Shown here in pieces: positions 1 to 8,862 of a stretch of DNA of 43,760 bases. Position numbers and translations under genes: made by a program. The notes beneath the pieces are model-generated. The model was not told the origin of the DNA. It made no database searches and saw only the letters and a list, made by a program, of their open reading frames with translations. Source of the stretch: a virus (taxonomy: Duplodnaviria > Caudoviricetes); the IMG/VR virus record IMGVR_UViG_3300032250_000760, positions 1 to 43,760 of that record; one strand, 5' to 3'. Every line of letters begins with the position of its first letter. Within the stretch, counting starts at the first letter, position 1.

Positions 1-255
1 ATCTTCAACCAATTGCGCTTTTTCAGCTGCAAGGGTTTGAATCTCTGCGGAGAGACCATCTGTTACCATACGATCTAGGGCTTCCACCATCACTGTTTTG
101 TCATGTTCATAGCGTTGTGCAAACTCTTCACGAAGTTCTGCACGAGCTTGTTCACGAGCTTCAACCAGCTTGGCTTCCCAAGCTTCGTTGATCTCTCGAC
201 GAGTTTCCTCGGTGATCAAGTCGCTATCAAGTAACGGTTTAATAGCATCTAACAT
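1..255 (-). CDS. gp22: Prohead core scaffolding protein (T4 gp22-like), N-terminal part, runs off the window
   Basis: Translated by hand: ATG at 255, MLDAIKPLLDSDLITEETRREINEAWEAKLVEAREQARAELREEFAQRYEHDK..., open to base 1. Charged and coiled-coil-like, GGAGG RBS, directly after gp21 as in T4 gene order. Confidence 0.8.
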   Translation of the reverse strand, partial: MLDAIKPLLDSDLITEETRREINEAWEAKLVEAREQARAELREEFAQRYEHDKTVMVEALDRMVTDGLSAEIQTLAAEKAQLVED

Positions 256-257
256 GC

Positions 258-905
258 TTATTCCTCCCTTAATTTAAGATCTTTGATTAGCTTTACTACT
301 TCACTTTTCAAATATCTTTGTACCTTGTTGTCCGCGCCGGCTTCACGTGCCACTTCCAATAATCTATGACCGTACTTCATGTTCATGAGTCCTTCGTAGA
401 TTGCTGTGGGATATGCATTTGGAGCACTGGGTTGTGCAACTACATCTACAGTGACTATTTCAAAATCACTGACATGTCCTGTCCTGTCGTCGACGTTTCC
501 GGATCCACGACTTGAAACACCTAATCTAACACCGCTGTCCAACATGGTTTTAACCAGTTGACCCATTGGTGTTGGTAATATCTTTAATTTTCCATAACCT
601 ATAGCACCGTCGCACCACATTTTATCAATCATGTGACTCACACGGTCTAGGTTAATTTTAAGATCATCCGGATGATCCACTTCTCCCAATACCGAATTAC
701 CACTTTTAAGTTGTTCATTAATAGTGCTAACTGCTTTACGAATTTCGTGAGCAGGGTATATTCTTTCATTTGCATTGCGTTTATCGCCTTCAATGCAAAT
801 CCCTTCCATATAAAGGGTTTTACCAGAACCATCAGGAGCATCCTCACTCAGCAGTTTTACCTGCGCTTGTGAGAATGTCAAGTGTTCTTGTAGGTAACGA
901 GCCAT
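258..905 (-). CDS. gp21: Prohead core protein protease (T4 gp21-like)
   Basis: Motifs LYMEGI, NANERIYP, LGEVDHP, INLDRVSH, LGVSSRGSG, TVDVVAQPSAPNA typical of the gp21 family. Confidence 0.95.
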   Translation of the reverse strand: MARYLQEHLTFSQAQVKLLSEDAPDGSGKTLYMEGICIEGDKRNANERIYPAHEIRKAVSTINEQLKSGNSVLGEVDHPDDLKINLDRVSHMIDKMWCDGAIGYGKLKILPTPMGQLVKTMLDSGVRLGVSSRGSGNVDDRTGHVSDFEIVTVDVVAQPSAPNAYPTAIYEGLMNMKYGHRLLEVAREAGADNKVQRYLKSEVVKLIKDLKLREE

Positions 906-911
906 AATCTC

Positions 912-1682
912 TTAGACTGGAGATTTAGTGTTTACGCCAGAAGCCTGTGTTGTCACTGGCTTAGGTGCGGCACCTTGCTTGGGACTGGTTGTCATGCCCA
1001 TGTCTTTTACAGATGGAGCAGGACGGCCTTGTGCAGTGTCACCAGTCATTTTAACTGGACTTGCAGCCATACCTTTTGCACCTGAGTTATGTGGCACTAT
1101 ACTTTTGGTGTTGGCACCGTCGTCGCCCATTTTAGCAGGAGCCACTTTAGACAAACTTACAGCTTCCATCATGCCCATTTCTGGCATAATTTCAGATGTG
1201 TCGTCCATTTCAATAGCGTCGCCGCCAGCGTCCATGTCAAATTCTTCTTCTTCACCGCCTTCGCCGCCCATCATGGCTTCAAATTCAGCCATTAGTTCGT
1301 CTAGCTTGTCTTCAAGATCAACCACGCGGTCTTCAATGTTGTCTTCGCCTGCATCGGCATCTGAACCGAATTCGTCAGCAGCGTCTACTTCAACTTCGTC
1401 ACCGGCATCGTCGCCAGCAACTTCTTCGCTGTCAAATTCTTCTTCTTCTTCGTTCATGCCTTCTTCTTCAGTTTCAACGTCAGTGATCAAATCGTCGGCT
1501 GCATCGCCGTCGTTTTCAACACTTTCATCAACTTCTTTAGTTTCTTCAGCATCTTCTTCTTCCATTAAACTTTCGTAGATTTCGCGAGATTTCTCAACTA
1601 CGATATCATGGAAAAGTTCTTTAGCTTTTGCTTCTTCGTCGTTAATTACGAATTCAATTAACTGTTCAAATTTTGATGTCAT
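912..1682 (-). CDS. Highly acidic putative prohead core/internal protein
   Basis: 256 aa, E/D-rich with basic P/K-rich tail; sits between portal and gp21 (position of T4 gp67/gp68); strong GGAGG RBS. Confidence 0.65.
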   Translation of the reverse strand: MTSKFEQLIEFVINDEEAKAKELFHDIVVEKSREIYESLMEEEDAEETKEVDESVENDGDAADDLITDVETEEEGMNEEEEEFDSEEVAGDDAGDEVEVDAADEFGSDADAGEDNIEDRVVDLEDKLDELMAEFEAMMGGEGGEEEEFDMDAGGDAIEMDDTSEIMPEMGMMEAVSLSKVAPAKMGDDGANTKSIVPHNSGAKGMAASPVKMTGDTAQGRPAPSVKDMGMTTSPKQGAAPKPVTTQASGVNTKSPV

Positions 1683-1753
1683 ATTATTCCTCCAAAGGGT
1701 TATGGCTCATGTTTACTACTTACACAGAAATAGTAATATGAGCATATTTAAGC

Positions 1754-1774
1754 GTCAAATATGGTATATTTGAC
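1754..1774. repeat. Perfect 9-bp inverted repeat in head-operon intergenic gap
   Basis: gtcaaatat-ggt-atatttgac. Confidence 0.7.
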
Positions 1775-1789
1775 TAATTTATGACTGGG

Positions 1790-2011
1790 TCAAAGGCTGG
1801 GAGGGACAGCCGGGGGAGCATATTGCTTGCGAATGTCTTTGAGTTTTTCTTTGTACTCAAATGTTCTTACGTCATTCATCTGACGCAGTTTACTTAGTTG
1901 CCGTAGTGTCAAACGAGTTTTACGCAACTGGCCTTTTTGAGGCTGGCTGTTGTCTTGTGCAACATCTTGATAGCCTTCGGGTTCACGCTGGTAAAGTTCG
2001 TTTAGAATCAT
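1790..2011 (-). CDS. Small basic hypothetical protein of the head module
   Basis: 73 aa filling the gap after the portal (RKTRLTLRQLSKLRQMNDVR); CATAAATA box 5 nt upstream of ATG. Confidence 0.75.
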   Translation of the reverse strand: MILNELYQREPEGYQDVAQDNSQPQKGQLRKTRLTLRQLSKLRQMNDVRTFEYKEKLKDIRKQYAPPAVPPSL

Positions 2012-2019
2012 ACAGGTAT

Positions 2020-3843
2020 TTATGCCGTTGGTGGCGGAGGAACGGCTGTAGGTGCTGTACCTGGACCAGGTGGTGCACCGGGTATGGCACCAGGATCAGC
2101 AGCACCAGCTGGCGGCATGGCTGCAAGTTCTTCACCGGTGGTAATGTCTGCTTCCATACCTGCTGGGGTAATACCGATACTACGCAGATCCTGTCCTTGT
2201 GTGGTGTTGAGTTCAGGCTGATCACGCTCTTCACGCCAGAGCTTTTCATTTTCCACAATCTCTTCTTGACTTAGGCCTAGATAACGTTCCATTAAGAAAC
2301 GCTTGCTCATGTAGGGCAACTGTTCCAGTGTACTGAATGTGCCAACTCTACTGGTGTCCATTTCAGCTTGGCGATAGCTGGCAAAGTTCTGCGGAGGACC
2401 CAACACCACGTCAAAAATACCGTTGTCAATGTTGAATCCACGCCATTTCATAAACATCTTGAATTCGTCATCCAGCTTCTGCATGATCAAACGTTGCAGT
2501 CGTTCGCAGTATTGGTTGAATCTGTACTCTTGTATCAGTGCTGTGCCCACTTTGCCGTCATTCATTGCACGGTCGCTGTCGTCAGGGCCAGTGGGCAAAT
2601 AGCTACTAGGCACACGTAGACCACGTGCCATCTTGTTGTTAAAATACTTCAAATCGTCAATTTCGCCCAGGCCTGTACCGCCAGGCAAAGTATCTACACT
2701 AGAACCACGACCGTCTGCTGTCTGTGGGAAAAAGTAATCTTCGTTGATGCTGAGTGGATTGTAGGCAGCATCCATTAGATTTGCACCGCCACCGTTCACT
2801 GTGGGAATTCTGCGCTGATGCATTTCGTTTTTCACACGTTCCACAAAGGCCATGGCCATGTGGCTAGGCATGTTGCCCACGTCAATTTTAAACACTCTGC
2901 GTTCTGGAGCACGACTTACACGATAGATCAACACTGAATCTTCCAGCAGTTCTTTCTGCTTGTAAACTTTAAAGATGTTTTCCAGGATACTCTGTCCAAA
3001 CGGCCAAAAGTAATCAAGACCTTCGTTTAAACTCAGATGCACCACGTGCTTGGCATCAACGCAGGTTTCGTTCATGGCCTGGGCAAATCTGCTGTTGCCC
3101 ACTGTGCCGCCGGCACCACCACCTGCACCACCATTAGGAGTTGAGTAGTTGGTTTGTCCTGTACTGCCTGTGCTACGACTCACATAGTAGTCGCTGGTGG
3201 TTTTTTGTGCAATGCTGAGATTTTGAAAGTTTGGGTTGATGTCACGAATGATGTACTGTTCGGGACGCTTGCCTTCGCTTTCATTCACAATGACTCTGCT
3301 GACTTTGACCATGTCAACCCAGTACATTTCAAATGTTTCTGGATCACGTACAAACAATTGATCGCCGTACTTGATGGTGTTGCGGAACAGTTTGAACATG
3401 CGCTGGTCCAGCTTGTTCAGCTTGGTCCATTGTTGCAACTGTTTTTTAATAATTTCTACTTCGTGATCAGTAGGAGTTTCTTTAAAATTGATGTCAAACG
3501 GAGTGTTGTTGTCAGTGTTGTTCTGTGTACTGAATTCTGCAATAATGTCCAAGCAGGCATTGACTTCACTATCAAGATCCATGTTTTCGTATTGGTTGTA
3601 ACGTTCAATACGGTTGGGATGGCCCGAATACACTTCAGGCAGTCTGCTGGCATAGTTACGAAATGCAAAGTCATTTCCGGTACCAGTGTTGTTGGTATAG
3701 CCGTTTTGTCGATCGTATCCAGGCATGCCAAACTGGTTGCGACCGGATATCGGACTCAGTTGACCGTTGGCGTCACCTGCGGCCACTTTGAAATACTTGC
3801 GCCAGCCACCATTTCTACCGTTTCTCACTGAGGATTCAGCCAT
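2020..3843 (-). CDS. gp20: Portal protein (T4 gp20-like)
   Basis: Motifs LLEDSVLIYRVSRAPERRVFKIDVGNMP, EDYFFP, GSSVDTLPGG, IDDLKYF, LRVPSSYL. Confidence 0.96.
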   Translation of the reverse strand: MAESSVRNGRNGGWRKYFKVAAGDANGQLSPISGRNQFGMPGYDRQNGYTNNTGTGNDFAFRNYASRLPEVYSGHPNRIERYNQYENMDLDSEVNACLDIIAEFSTQNNTDNNTPFDINFKETPTDHEVEIIKKQLQQWTKLNKLDQRMFKLFRNTIKYGDQLFVRDPETFEMYWVDMVKVSRVIVNESEGKRPEQYIIRDINPNFQNLSIAQKTTSDYYVSRSTGSTGQTNYSTPNGGAGGGAGGTVGNSRFAQAMNETCVDAKHVVHLSLNEGLDYFWPFGQSILENIFKVYKQKELLEDSVLIYRVSRAPERRVFKIDVGNMPSHMAMAFVERVKNEMHQRRIPTVNGGGANLMDAAYNPLSINEDYFFPQTADGRGSSVDTLPGGTGLGEIDDLKYFNNKMARGLRVPSSYLPTGPDDSDRAMNDGKVGTALIQEYRFNQYCERLQRLIMQKLDDEFKMFMKWRGFNIDNGIFDVVLGPPQNFASYRQAEMDTSRVGTFSTLEQLPYMSKRFLMERYLGLSQEEIVENEKLWREERDQPELNTTQGQDLRSIGITPAGMEADITTGEELAAMPPAGAADPGAIPGAPPGPGTAPTAVPPPPTA

Positions 3844-3881
3844 TTACTATTTCCTTTAACGTACAGCAATATTTACCGTGA

Positions 3882-6839
3882 TTACTGTGCATACTTCAAT
3901 AACTTCTCTGATACACCCACTTGATTTTGCATTATACGCACCAATTGATCTAGTCTTTCTAGTTGTGCAGACATCAAATTCATTTGCTCTTCATTTCTAG
4001 CAATCTGCACCGGGATTGATTTTCCATCTGGTAGCGGCACAAATGCTTCGTTTTTGCCAGCTTCGGCTGCTAGTACATTAACACCGCCGGGCGTTGCACG
4101 TATTATTCCGCCGTTTTCTTGCGGGATAGGTGCCACTGGCGGTACCAGCGGCTGCTTTGGCAACATAGTCTTTGAATCGATTTCCAACGCGGCTGCTGAT
4201 TTTGTCAGTGGCAACGTAACCGGACGGGCAGGTACAGGATCAGCAGACAACTCTGCTGTTTTCTTTTCCGCTGACTTAGGCAAAGAAGACAACTCTGCTG
4301 TTTTTGTTTCTGCTGGCTTGGTCAACGCAGGCAACTCTGCCGATTTTGTTTCTGCTGACTTAGGCAAAGCAGGCAGCTCTGCTGTTTTCTTGTCCACTGG
4401 CTTGAGCGAAGCAGGCAGCTCTGCTGTTTTCTTGTCCAATGGCTTGAGCGTCTCTGTTACTTTGGGCTCAATTGGTTTAGGTGGCTCTGCCGCCTTGGGT
4501 TCATCCAGTCTAGGTGGTTCTATTACTTTGGTTTCAACTGGTTTAAGTGGTTCTGCCGCTTTCTTTTCAACCAGTTTAGGTGGTTCTGTTGGTTTCTTTT
4601 CAACTAGCTTAGGTGGTTCTGTTGGTTTCTTTTCAACCAACTGAGGAGGTTCTACAGCTTTCTTTTCAACTAGCTTAGGTGGTTCTACAGCTTTCTTTTC
4701 AACCAACTGAGGTAGCTCAGTCGGTTTCTTTTCCACTGGCATAGGAGCAGCAGGTGCATATCCGCCACCGCCCATCTTTTTATCGGCCCAATCTTTCAAG
4801 TCGCCGATATTTCTCATTGTTGACAATAGCTGTGCGTTGGCTCTGATTTGGTCAGGAGTCAACGCCGATGACAAGGGCGCACTATCAGGCTGTTGCAACA
4901 CTTTGGTTGCACCTGCTGCTCCTAAAAAGTGCGCAAGATAGATGGCAGCATCAGAGGTGCTTACTTTGGCGGCTGCTAGTTGGGCTCTATTGCTGGCAGT
5001 CAGTTGAGACAATGCTTTGCGTTGTAGATCAACATCTGCTTTCATATCCTCAAATGTTTTGCCATACAAAGGATTGCCTGGTTTAGCTCTACTAGCCAGG
5101 GTCTCGAAAGTACCGCTGGTTATTTGCGCTAAACCATATGCTGAGCTGGTTGGTCTTCCGCCTGGTCCGCTGCCATTGGGAATATTTCTACCACCACTTT
5201 CTACTTGAATGATTCTTTCTTCTACTGTTGTGGTGTCGGAAGGTCTAGGTCGTTCTGGAGCAGGGCGTAATGGAACAGGCTGTTCAGGAGCAGGGCGTGC
5301 TGGGACAGGGCGTGCCGGGACAGGTCGTTCAGGAGCAGGGCGTGCTGGAGCCTGTTCATAAGGAGCCTGCGGCTCTCGTTTTTTAATATCAACGCCAAGT
5401 TTTTTTGCTGCTTCCTCAAAGGCTGTGACCAATCCATTGGTTGCACCAGCAGCAGTGTTCATGGCATTTGTAACAGGGACTACACCAAGTTGTAGTAAAT
5501 CTTGCAGTGTGTCGCGCGATTTTCGATTTTGTATGTTGATATCAGAAAGATTCTGCGTTGCTTTATCTGTTACTGCTTGATTTTTTTTGGCCAGTGCTTC
5601 GCGCTGTTCAAAAGTTCCTTGTTGAAGAGTTGCAAAATATTTTATTTGTTCGCCAAGATTACCAAATGTGTTGCCGAACGCACCAATTTGTGCTAGTTTT
5701 GGTCCAGCACCAACAATTTGATCCCCAGTACCGTTGAGTGATCGGCCAAGATCCTCTAGAACTGCTGCTTCAAATTCAGCCTGTGTAAAAAATTTCTTTT
5801 GGGCTACTGCGGCTGCTCTAGGCATTGCTAGAGTCATTTCCTTTGCTTCTTTGGTGTTGATTGTACCAGACAATATGTTCAAGAATCCTTTGCGCAGGCC
5901 GGGTGCGTCTTTTTCCAGCTGTTGCTGAATTCGATCATTGGTTGTCAGTTGAGACTTGGCAAGCTCGTCGCCCATTTTTGCCCGTTGCTGTAACTCATAC
6001 GTTAAGCCAGCATAGCGTTCTTCAGCCATTGCAGATTCACGAGACTGCTCTTGTTGTGATCTATTTTTACCTGTGATTTTTGCTAGTAGATCAACTTCTT
6101 TAATATAATTTTGAGATGCTGTGATCAATTCGTCGGTGGTCATTCGTTGACGACCACCGGTGAGTATCTGCATTTTTGTAAAACCAATAATACCCTTGTT
6201 GATTTCGTTGACGCCTATACCCATGTCGGCAAACTCTCTGCCGTAATTGCCTTTTTGCAGTACTTCTGATATTTTAGTTACTTCATTAAGTCCATCGCCA
6301 ACTGTTTTGCCAAAACTTGACAGCGTTCCTGCACTTTCGTTCACCAACGCAGCAAACACACCCAATTCATTTTTAGAATCGTAGTTCATGCGTTTTATAT
6401 TATCATACATTCCCGAAACGCCGGCAGCAGCATTGGCCCCGACTTGAGATAGTTCTTGATAAGTTTTGTACAGTCGATCCGCGTGTTCATTCACCGCTTC
6501 GGTATACTCGCCTGCACCTTTGACCAGCGTCTTGAGTCCTTTGCCAACATACGGAATCAATCCAACTAGGTCGCCTAGTGCATTGCTGACTGAATTAATT
6601 GACTTGTTAAATACTGATGCACCGGTTTCGCCATTGGCTAGCTGTTTGGTCAATCCCATTGCCGAAGTGCCTAGGCTTCCGAATCCTTTGGTCAATGTCT
6701 CTGTAAGGCCTTTGGTACCGGCTGCCATATCCAACAGAGCCATTCTGGTTTCAACAGTGGCTTGACCAAGGCGTTTTATCTCATCTGCTTCTCGTGCTTT
6801 GAGTTCTGCGATTTCTTCAGGGGTGTAGGAATTTGCCAT
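3882..6839 (-). CDS. Tape-measure/baseplate-hub-like protein with lytic transglycosylase (SLT-like) domain
   Basis: 985 aa; long helical A/G/L-rich N-terminal half; IIQVESGG...SSAYGLAQITSGTF...YLAHFLG lysozyme-like motifs; P/K/E repeats; C-terminal GGII...AEAGKNEAFVPLP motif seen in tail-associated proteins. Confidence 0.75.
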   Translation of the reverse strand: MANSYTPEEIAELKAREADEIKRLGQATVETRMALLDMAAGTKGLTETLTKGFGSLGTSAMGLTKQLANGETGASVFNKSINSVSNALGDLVGLIPYVGKGLKTLVKGAGEYTEAVNEHADRLYKTYQELSQVGANAAAGVSGMYDNIKRMNYDSKNELGVFAALVNESAGTLSSFGKTVGDGLNEVTKISEVLQKGNYGREFADMGIGVNEINKGIIGFTKMQILTGGRQRMTTDELITASQNYIKEVDLLAKITGKNRSQQEQSRESAMAEERYAGLTYELQQRAKMGDELAKSQLTTNDRIQQQLEKDAPGLRKGFLNILSGTINTKEAKEMTLAMPRAAAVAQKKFFTQAEFEAAVLEDLGRSLNGTGDQIVGAGPKLAQIGAFGNTFGNLGEQIKYFATLQQGTFEQREALAKKNQAVTDKATQNLSDINIQNRKSRDTLQDLLQLGVVPVTNAMNTAAGATNGLVTAFEEAAKKLGVDIKKREPQAPYEQAPARPAPERPVPARPVPARPAPEQPVPLRPAPERPRPSDTTTVEERIIQVESGGRNIPNGSGPGGRPTSSAYGLAQITSGTFETLASRAKPGNPLYGKTFEDMKADVDLQRKALSQLTASNRAQLAAAKVSTSDAAIYLAHFLGAAGATKVLQQPDSAPLSSALTPDQIRANAQLLSTMRNIGDLKDWADKKMGGGGYAPAAPMPVEKKPTELPQLVEKKAVEPPKLVEKKAVEPPQLVEKKPTEPPKLVEKKPTEPPKLVEKKAAEPLKPVETKVIEPPRLDEPKAAEPPKPIEPKVTETLKPLDKKTAELPASLKPVDKKTAELPALPKSAETKSAELPALTKPAETKTAELSSLPKSAEKKTAELSADPVPARPVTLPLTKSAAALEIDSKTMLPKQPLVPPVAPIPQENGGIIRATPGGVNVLAAEAGKNEAFVPLPDGKSIPVQIARNEEQMNLMSAQLERLDQLVRIMQNQVGVSEKLLKYAQ
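4561..4737 (-). repeat. 33-bp coding tandem repeat (VEKKPTEPPKL-type 11-aa unit)
   Basis: ttcttttc(a/c)ac recurs at 4561, 4594, 4627/4628, 4660, 4693 and 4726, period about 33. Confidence 0.9.
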
Positions 6840-6850
6840 AACTATATTTA
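6837..6850. promoter_or_regulatory. Adjacent divergent late-promoter-like boxes
   Basis: Minus-strand TAAATA (6845-6850) 5 nt before the tape-measure ATG; plus-strand CATAACTA (6837-6844) upstream of the AGGA RBS of the gp26-like gene. Only 25 bp separate the two starts. Confidence 0.55.
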
Positions 6851-6864
6851 CCTAGGAAAAACAC

Positions 6865-7701
6865 ATGTCAAATAACCCATTAACGCAATATTTTAGACAA
6901 CCGGCTGTCTATATCACACTGCCCAGCGAAGGAAAGTACTATCCTGATGGTGCAATTGAGATGCCAGCCAATCGAGAAATTCCAGTGTATCCAATGACTG
7001 CCATTGACGAAATTACTTACAAAACACCCGATGCATTGTTCAATGGCAATGCTGTGGTCAATGTTATCAAGAGCTGTATTCCTGCTATTCGAGATCCTTG
7101 GGGAATACCTGCAATGGACGTTGATACCATTTTGGTTGCCATCCGCATGGCCAGTTACGGCAGTACCATGGAGATCAACACCACTTGCCCGCATTGCAAT
7201 AGCGAAGCTGACTATGGAATTGATCTGCGCAACATTCTTGACAGCATGCGGTCTCCAGACTATTCAAAACCGGTAGTTGATGGAGATTTAGAAATATATT
7301 TTAAACCAATGTCGTACCGAAATCTCAACGAGAACAATCAACGACAGTTTGAAGAACAAAAACTTCTACAGGTACTGCCTGACGCCAGCATGCCTGATGA
7401 TCAACGCATGAGTGCGCTGAGTGCAGCCTTGATGAAAATTACAGAAATCACTGTCAGCGCACTGGCACAAAGTATTGCTGCTGTAAAAACCCCAGACGCA
7501 TTGGTAAATGAACAGGAATACATCGAAGACATGTTGAAAAATTGTGATCGTAGATTGTTTGTTAAGATCAGAGATCACATTGTTAACACAAAACTCAGTT
7601 CCGAAATACAACCATTGAAAATTGCCTGCGGAGAATGCACAAAAGAATACCAACAGGCCATCACATTGGATATGACAAGTTTTTTCGCGGACGCCTCCTA
7701 G
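6865..7701 (+). CDS. gp26: Baseplate hub assembly protein (T4 gp26-like) / tail assembly chaperone
   Basis: YITLPSEGKYY, VYPMTAIDEI, IRMASYG, two CxxC motifs (CPHC, CGEC), C-terminal SFF. Confidence 0.75.
   Translation: MSNNPLTQYFRQPAVYITLPSEGKYYPDGAIEMPANREIPVYPMTAIDEITYKTPDALFNGNAVVNVIKSCIPAIRDPWGIPAMDVDTILVAIRMASYGSTMEINTTCPHCNSEADYGIDLRNILDSMRSPDYSKPVVDGDLEIYFKPMSYRNLNENNQRQFEEQKLLQVLPDASMPDDQRMSALSAALMKITEITVSALAQSIAAVKTPDALVNEQEYIEDMLKNCDRRLFVKIRDHIVNTKLSSEIQPLKIACGECTKEYQQAITLDMTSFFADAS
7680..7686 (+). other. Putative -1 ribosomal frameshift slippery heptamer T TTT TTC
   Basis: In-frame X XXY YYZ heptamer four sense codons before the gp26-like stop; the -1 frame is open to 7916. Confidence 0.65.
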
Positions 7702-7739
7702 TACTAGACTCTGACCAAATTTCCAAATGGATAGACCAA

Positions 7740-7916
7740 ATGGAAAAAGAAAGCAAGGCCATCAAACAAGAGGCGTTAAAAATGGTATGGTACATGCGCG
7801 GAGGCTTGTCATACGAAGCTGCACTGAATCTCAGTTACGACGAGCGTAATGCAGTGTCTGAGATTATCAAAGAAAATTTAGAAACTACTAAAAAATCAGG
7901 ACTACCGTTTTTCTAA
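7740..7916 (+). CDS. gp51-like baseplate hub assembly peptide, probably also expressed as a -1 frameshift extension from 7686
   Basis: MEKESKAIKQEALKMVWYMRGGLSYEAALNLSYDER...; frame open from 7635; weak RBS at ATG 7740. Confidence 0.65.
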   Translation: MEKESKAIKQEALKMVWYMRGGLSYEAALNLSYDERNAVSEIIKENLETTKKSGLPFF

Positions 7917-7925
7917 GAATCAGCC

Positions 7926-8429
7926 ATGGATATTGAACAAGTTAAAAAAGATATAGAACTGTGGATTGCAAACTTCCTAGAAGTCCCACATCCGGCCCTG
8001 GGAGGATTTTCTCCCTGTCCCTATGCACGGTCAGCACGAATAAAGAACAGCTATGCAGTGTACCTTGGAACAGATCCCTACTATGATCTTAAACACCGTG
8101 GCCGACAGGGAATGGGCGACAAAGAAGTTGTTATCTATGTGTATGATCCACGAGAGTGGACACATGATCAGCTGGCCAGCAGCATCGACCTAGCAAATCA
8201 AGAAGTGTTGCTGCCCCGAGACATGCTGGCCCTGGAAGATCATCCCGACGATGTAGAAATGGTCAACGGAGTGTGCATGAATCAAGGCACCTATGCCTTG
8301 GCTCTGGTCCAGAGTCTCAGCGATCTAAACGCCAAGGCTCGACTCATGGCCAACCGAGGATTTTATCACAACTGGCCCGAAGAATATCTAACCGGCCTGT
8401 TTCAACACCGACAGGATCCCAGAACATGA
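7926..8429 (+). CDS. Hypothetical protein, DUF1415-like
   Basis: N-terminal W..FL...PCPYAR, later DHP and LVQ..L..A...L..RGFY..W motifs resemble DUF1415 (CPFA motif). Confidence 0.55.
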   Translation: MDIEQVKKDIELWIANFLEVPHPALGGFSPCPYARSARIKNSYAVYLGTDPYYDLKHRGRQGMGDKEVVIYVYDPREWTHDQLASSIDLANQEVLLPRDMLALEDHPDDVEMVNGVCMNQGTYALALVQSLSDLNAKARLMANRGFYHNWPEEYLTGLFQHRQDPRT

Positions 8430-8860
8430 GCTATCAGTTTGCTAGAATTGATCTTGCCAAGACCAATTACGAAATCAATGTCAAGTGGGAGTATCTGCGC
8501 AATCCCAACATTGCTGAGCTGAATCAGATCTATCGAGACTACTGCAAGTACAAGCACTTTGCGTCGGTAATGCCAATTTTTGACAGCAGATACACAGACC
8601 CAATGACCGATGTGATCGGCTACTACGATGCAGATCGTTTGGTGGCATTTTCACTGATACGACGCTATGACGATCACAATGCATTGTGTGATCAATTTGC
8701 ATGGAATTATAATAGACCCAAAATGAGATTGGGCATCAACACACTACAAGCAGAGTGTGCAATTTACAAAGATCGGGGATTTCGATACTTGTATCTTGAA
8801 CAGGCACATCTATACAAATCTGATATGGATGGCTTTGAAATACTAGGACCACTGGAGTAA
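8426..8860 (+). CDS. Stand-alone aminoacyl-tRNA-protein transferase C-terminal (ATE_C/Bpt-like) GNAT-fold protein
   Basis: Likely start is ATG 8426 (ATGA overlap), not 8273. YYDADRLVAFS...WNY...RLG...LQAECAIYKDRGFRYLYL...YK...GFEIL follows the ATE_C pattern. Confidence 0.6.
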   Translation: MSYQFARIDLAKTNYEINVKWEYLRNPNIAELNQIYRDYCKYKHFASVMPIFDSRYTDPMTDVIGYYDADRLVAFSLIRRYDDHNALCDQFAWNYNRPKMRLGINTLQAECAIYKDRGFRYLYLEQAHLYKSDMDGFEILGPLE

Positions 8861-8862
8861 CT

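Noticed and set aside
928-1578. Long antisense ORFs (also 3154-3831, 4054-4644, 21728-22297, 27070-27495, 37106-37831)
   Set aside because: Shadows of biased-codon or low-complexity genes on the opposite strand; no RBS or recognisable motifs.
3090-3200. Intein or mobile insertion in the portal gene
   Set aside because: The insert is a short G/S/T-rich loop lacking intein terminal motifs (C/S start, HN end).
4561-4737. CRISPR-like or guide-RNA array
   Set aside because: Units are contiguous, in-frame, 33-bp coding repeats without unique spacers; the same holds for 27272-27363.
8273-8425. N-terminal extension of the ATE_C-like ORF given in the ORF track
   Set aside because: Overlaps the upstream gene by more than 150 bp; the ATGA-coupled start at 8426 is more plausible.
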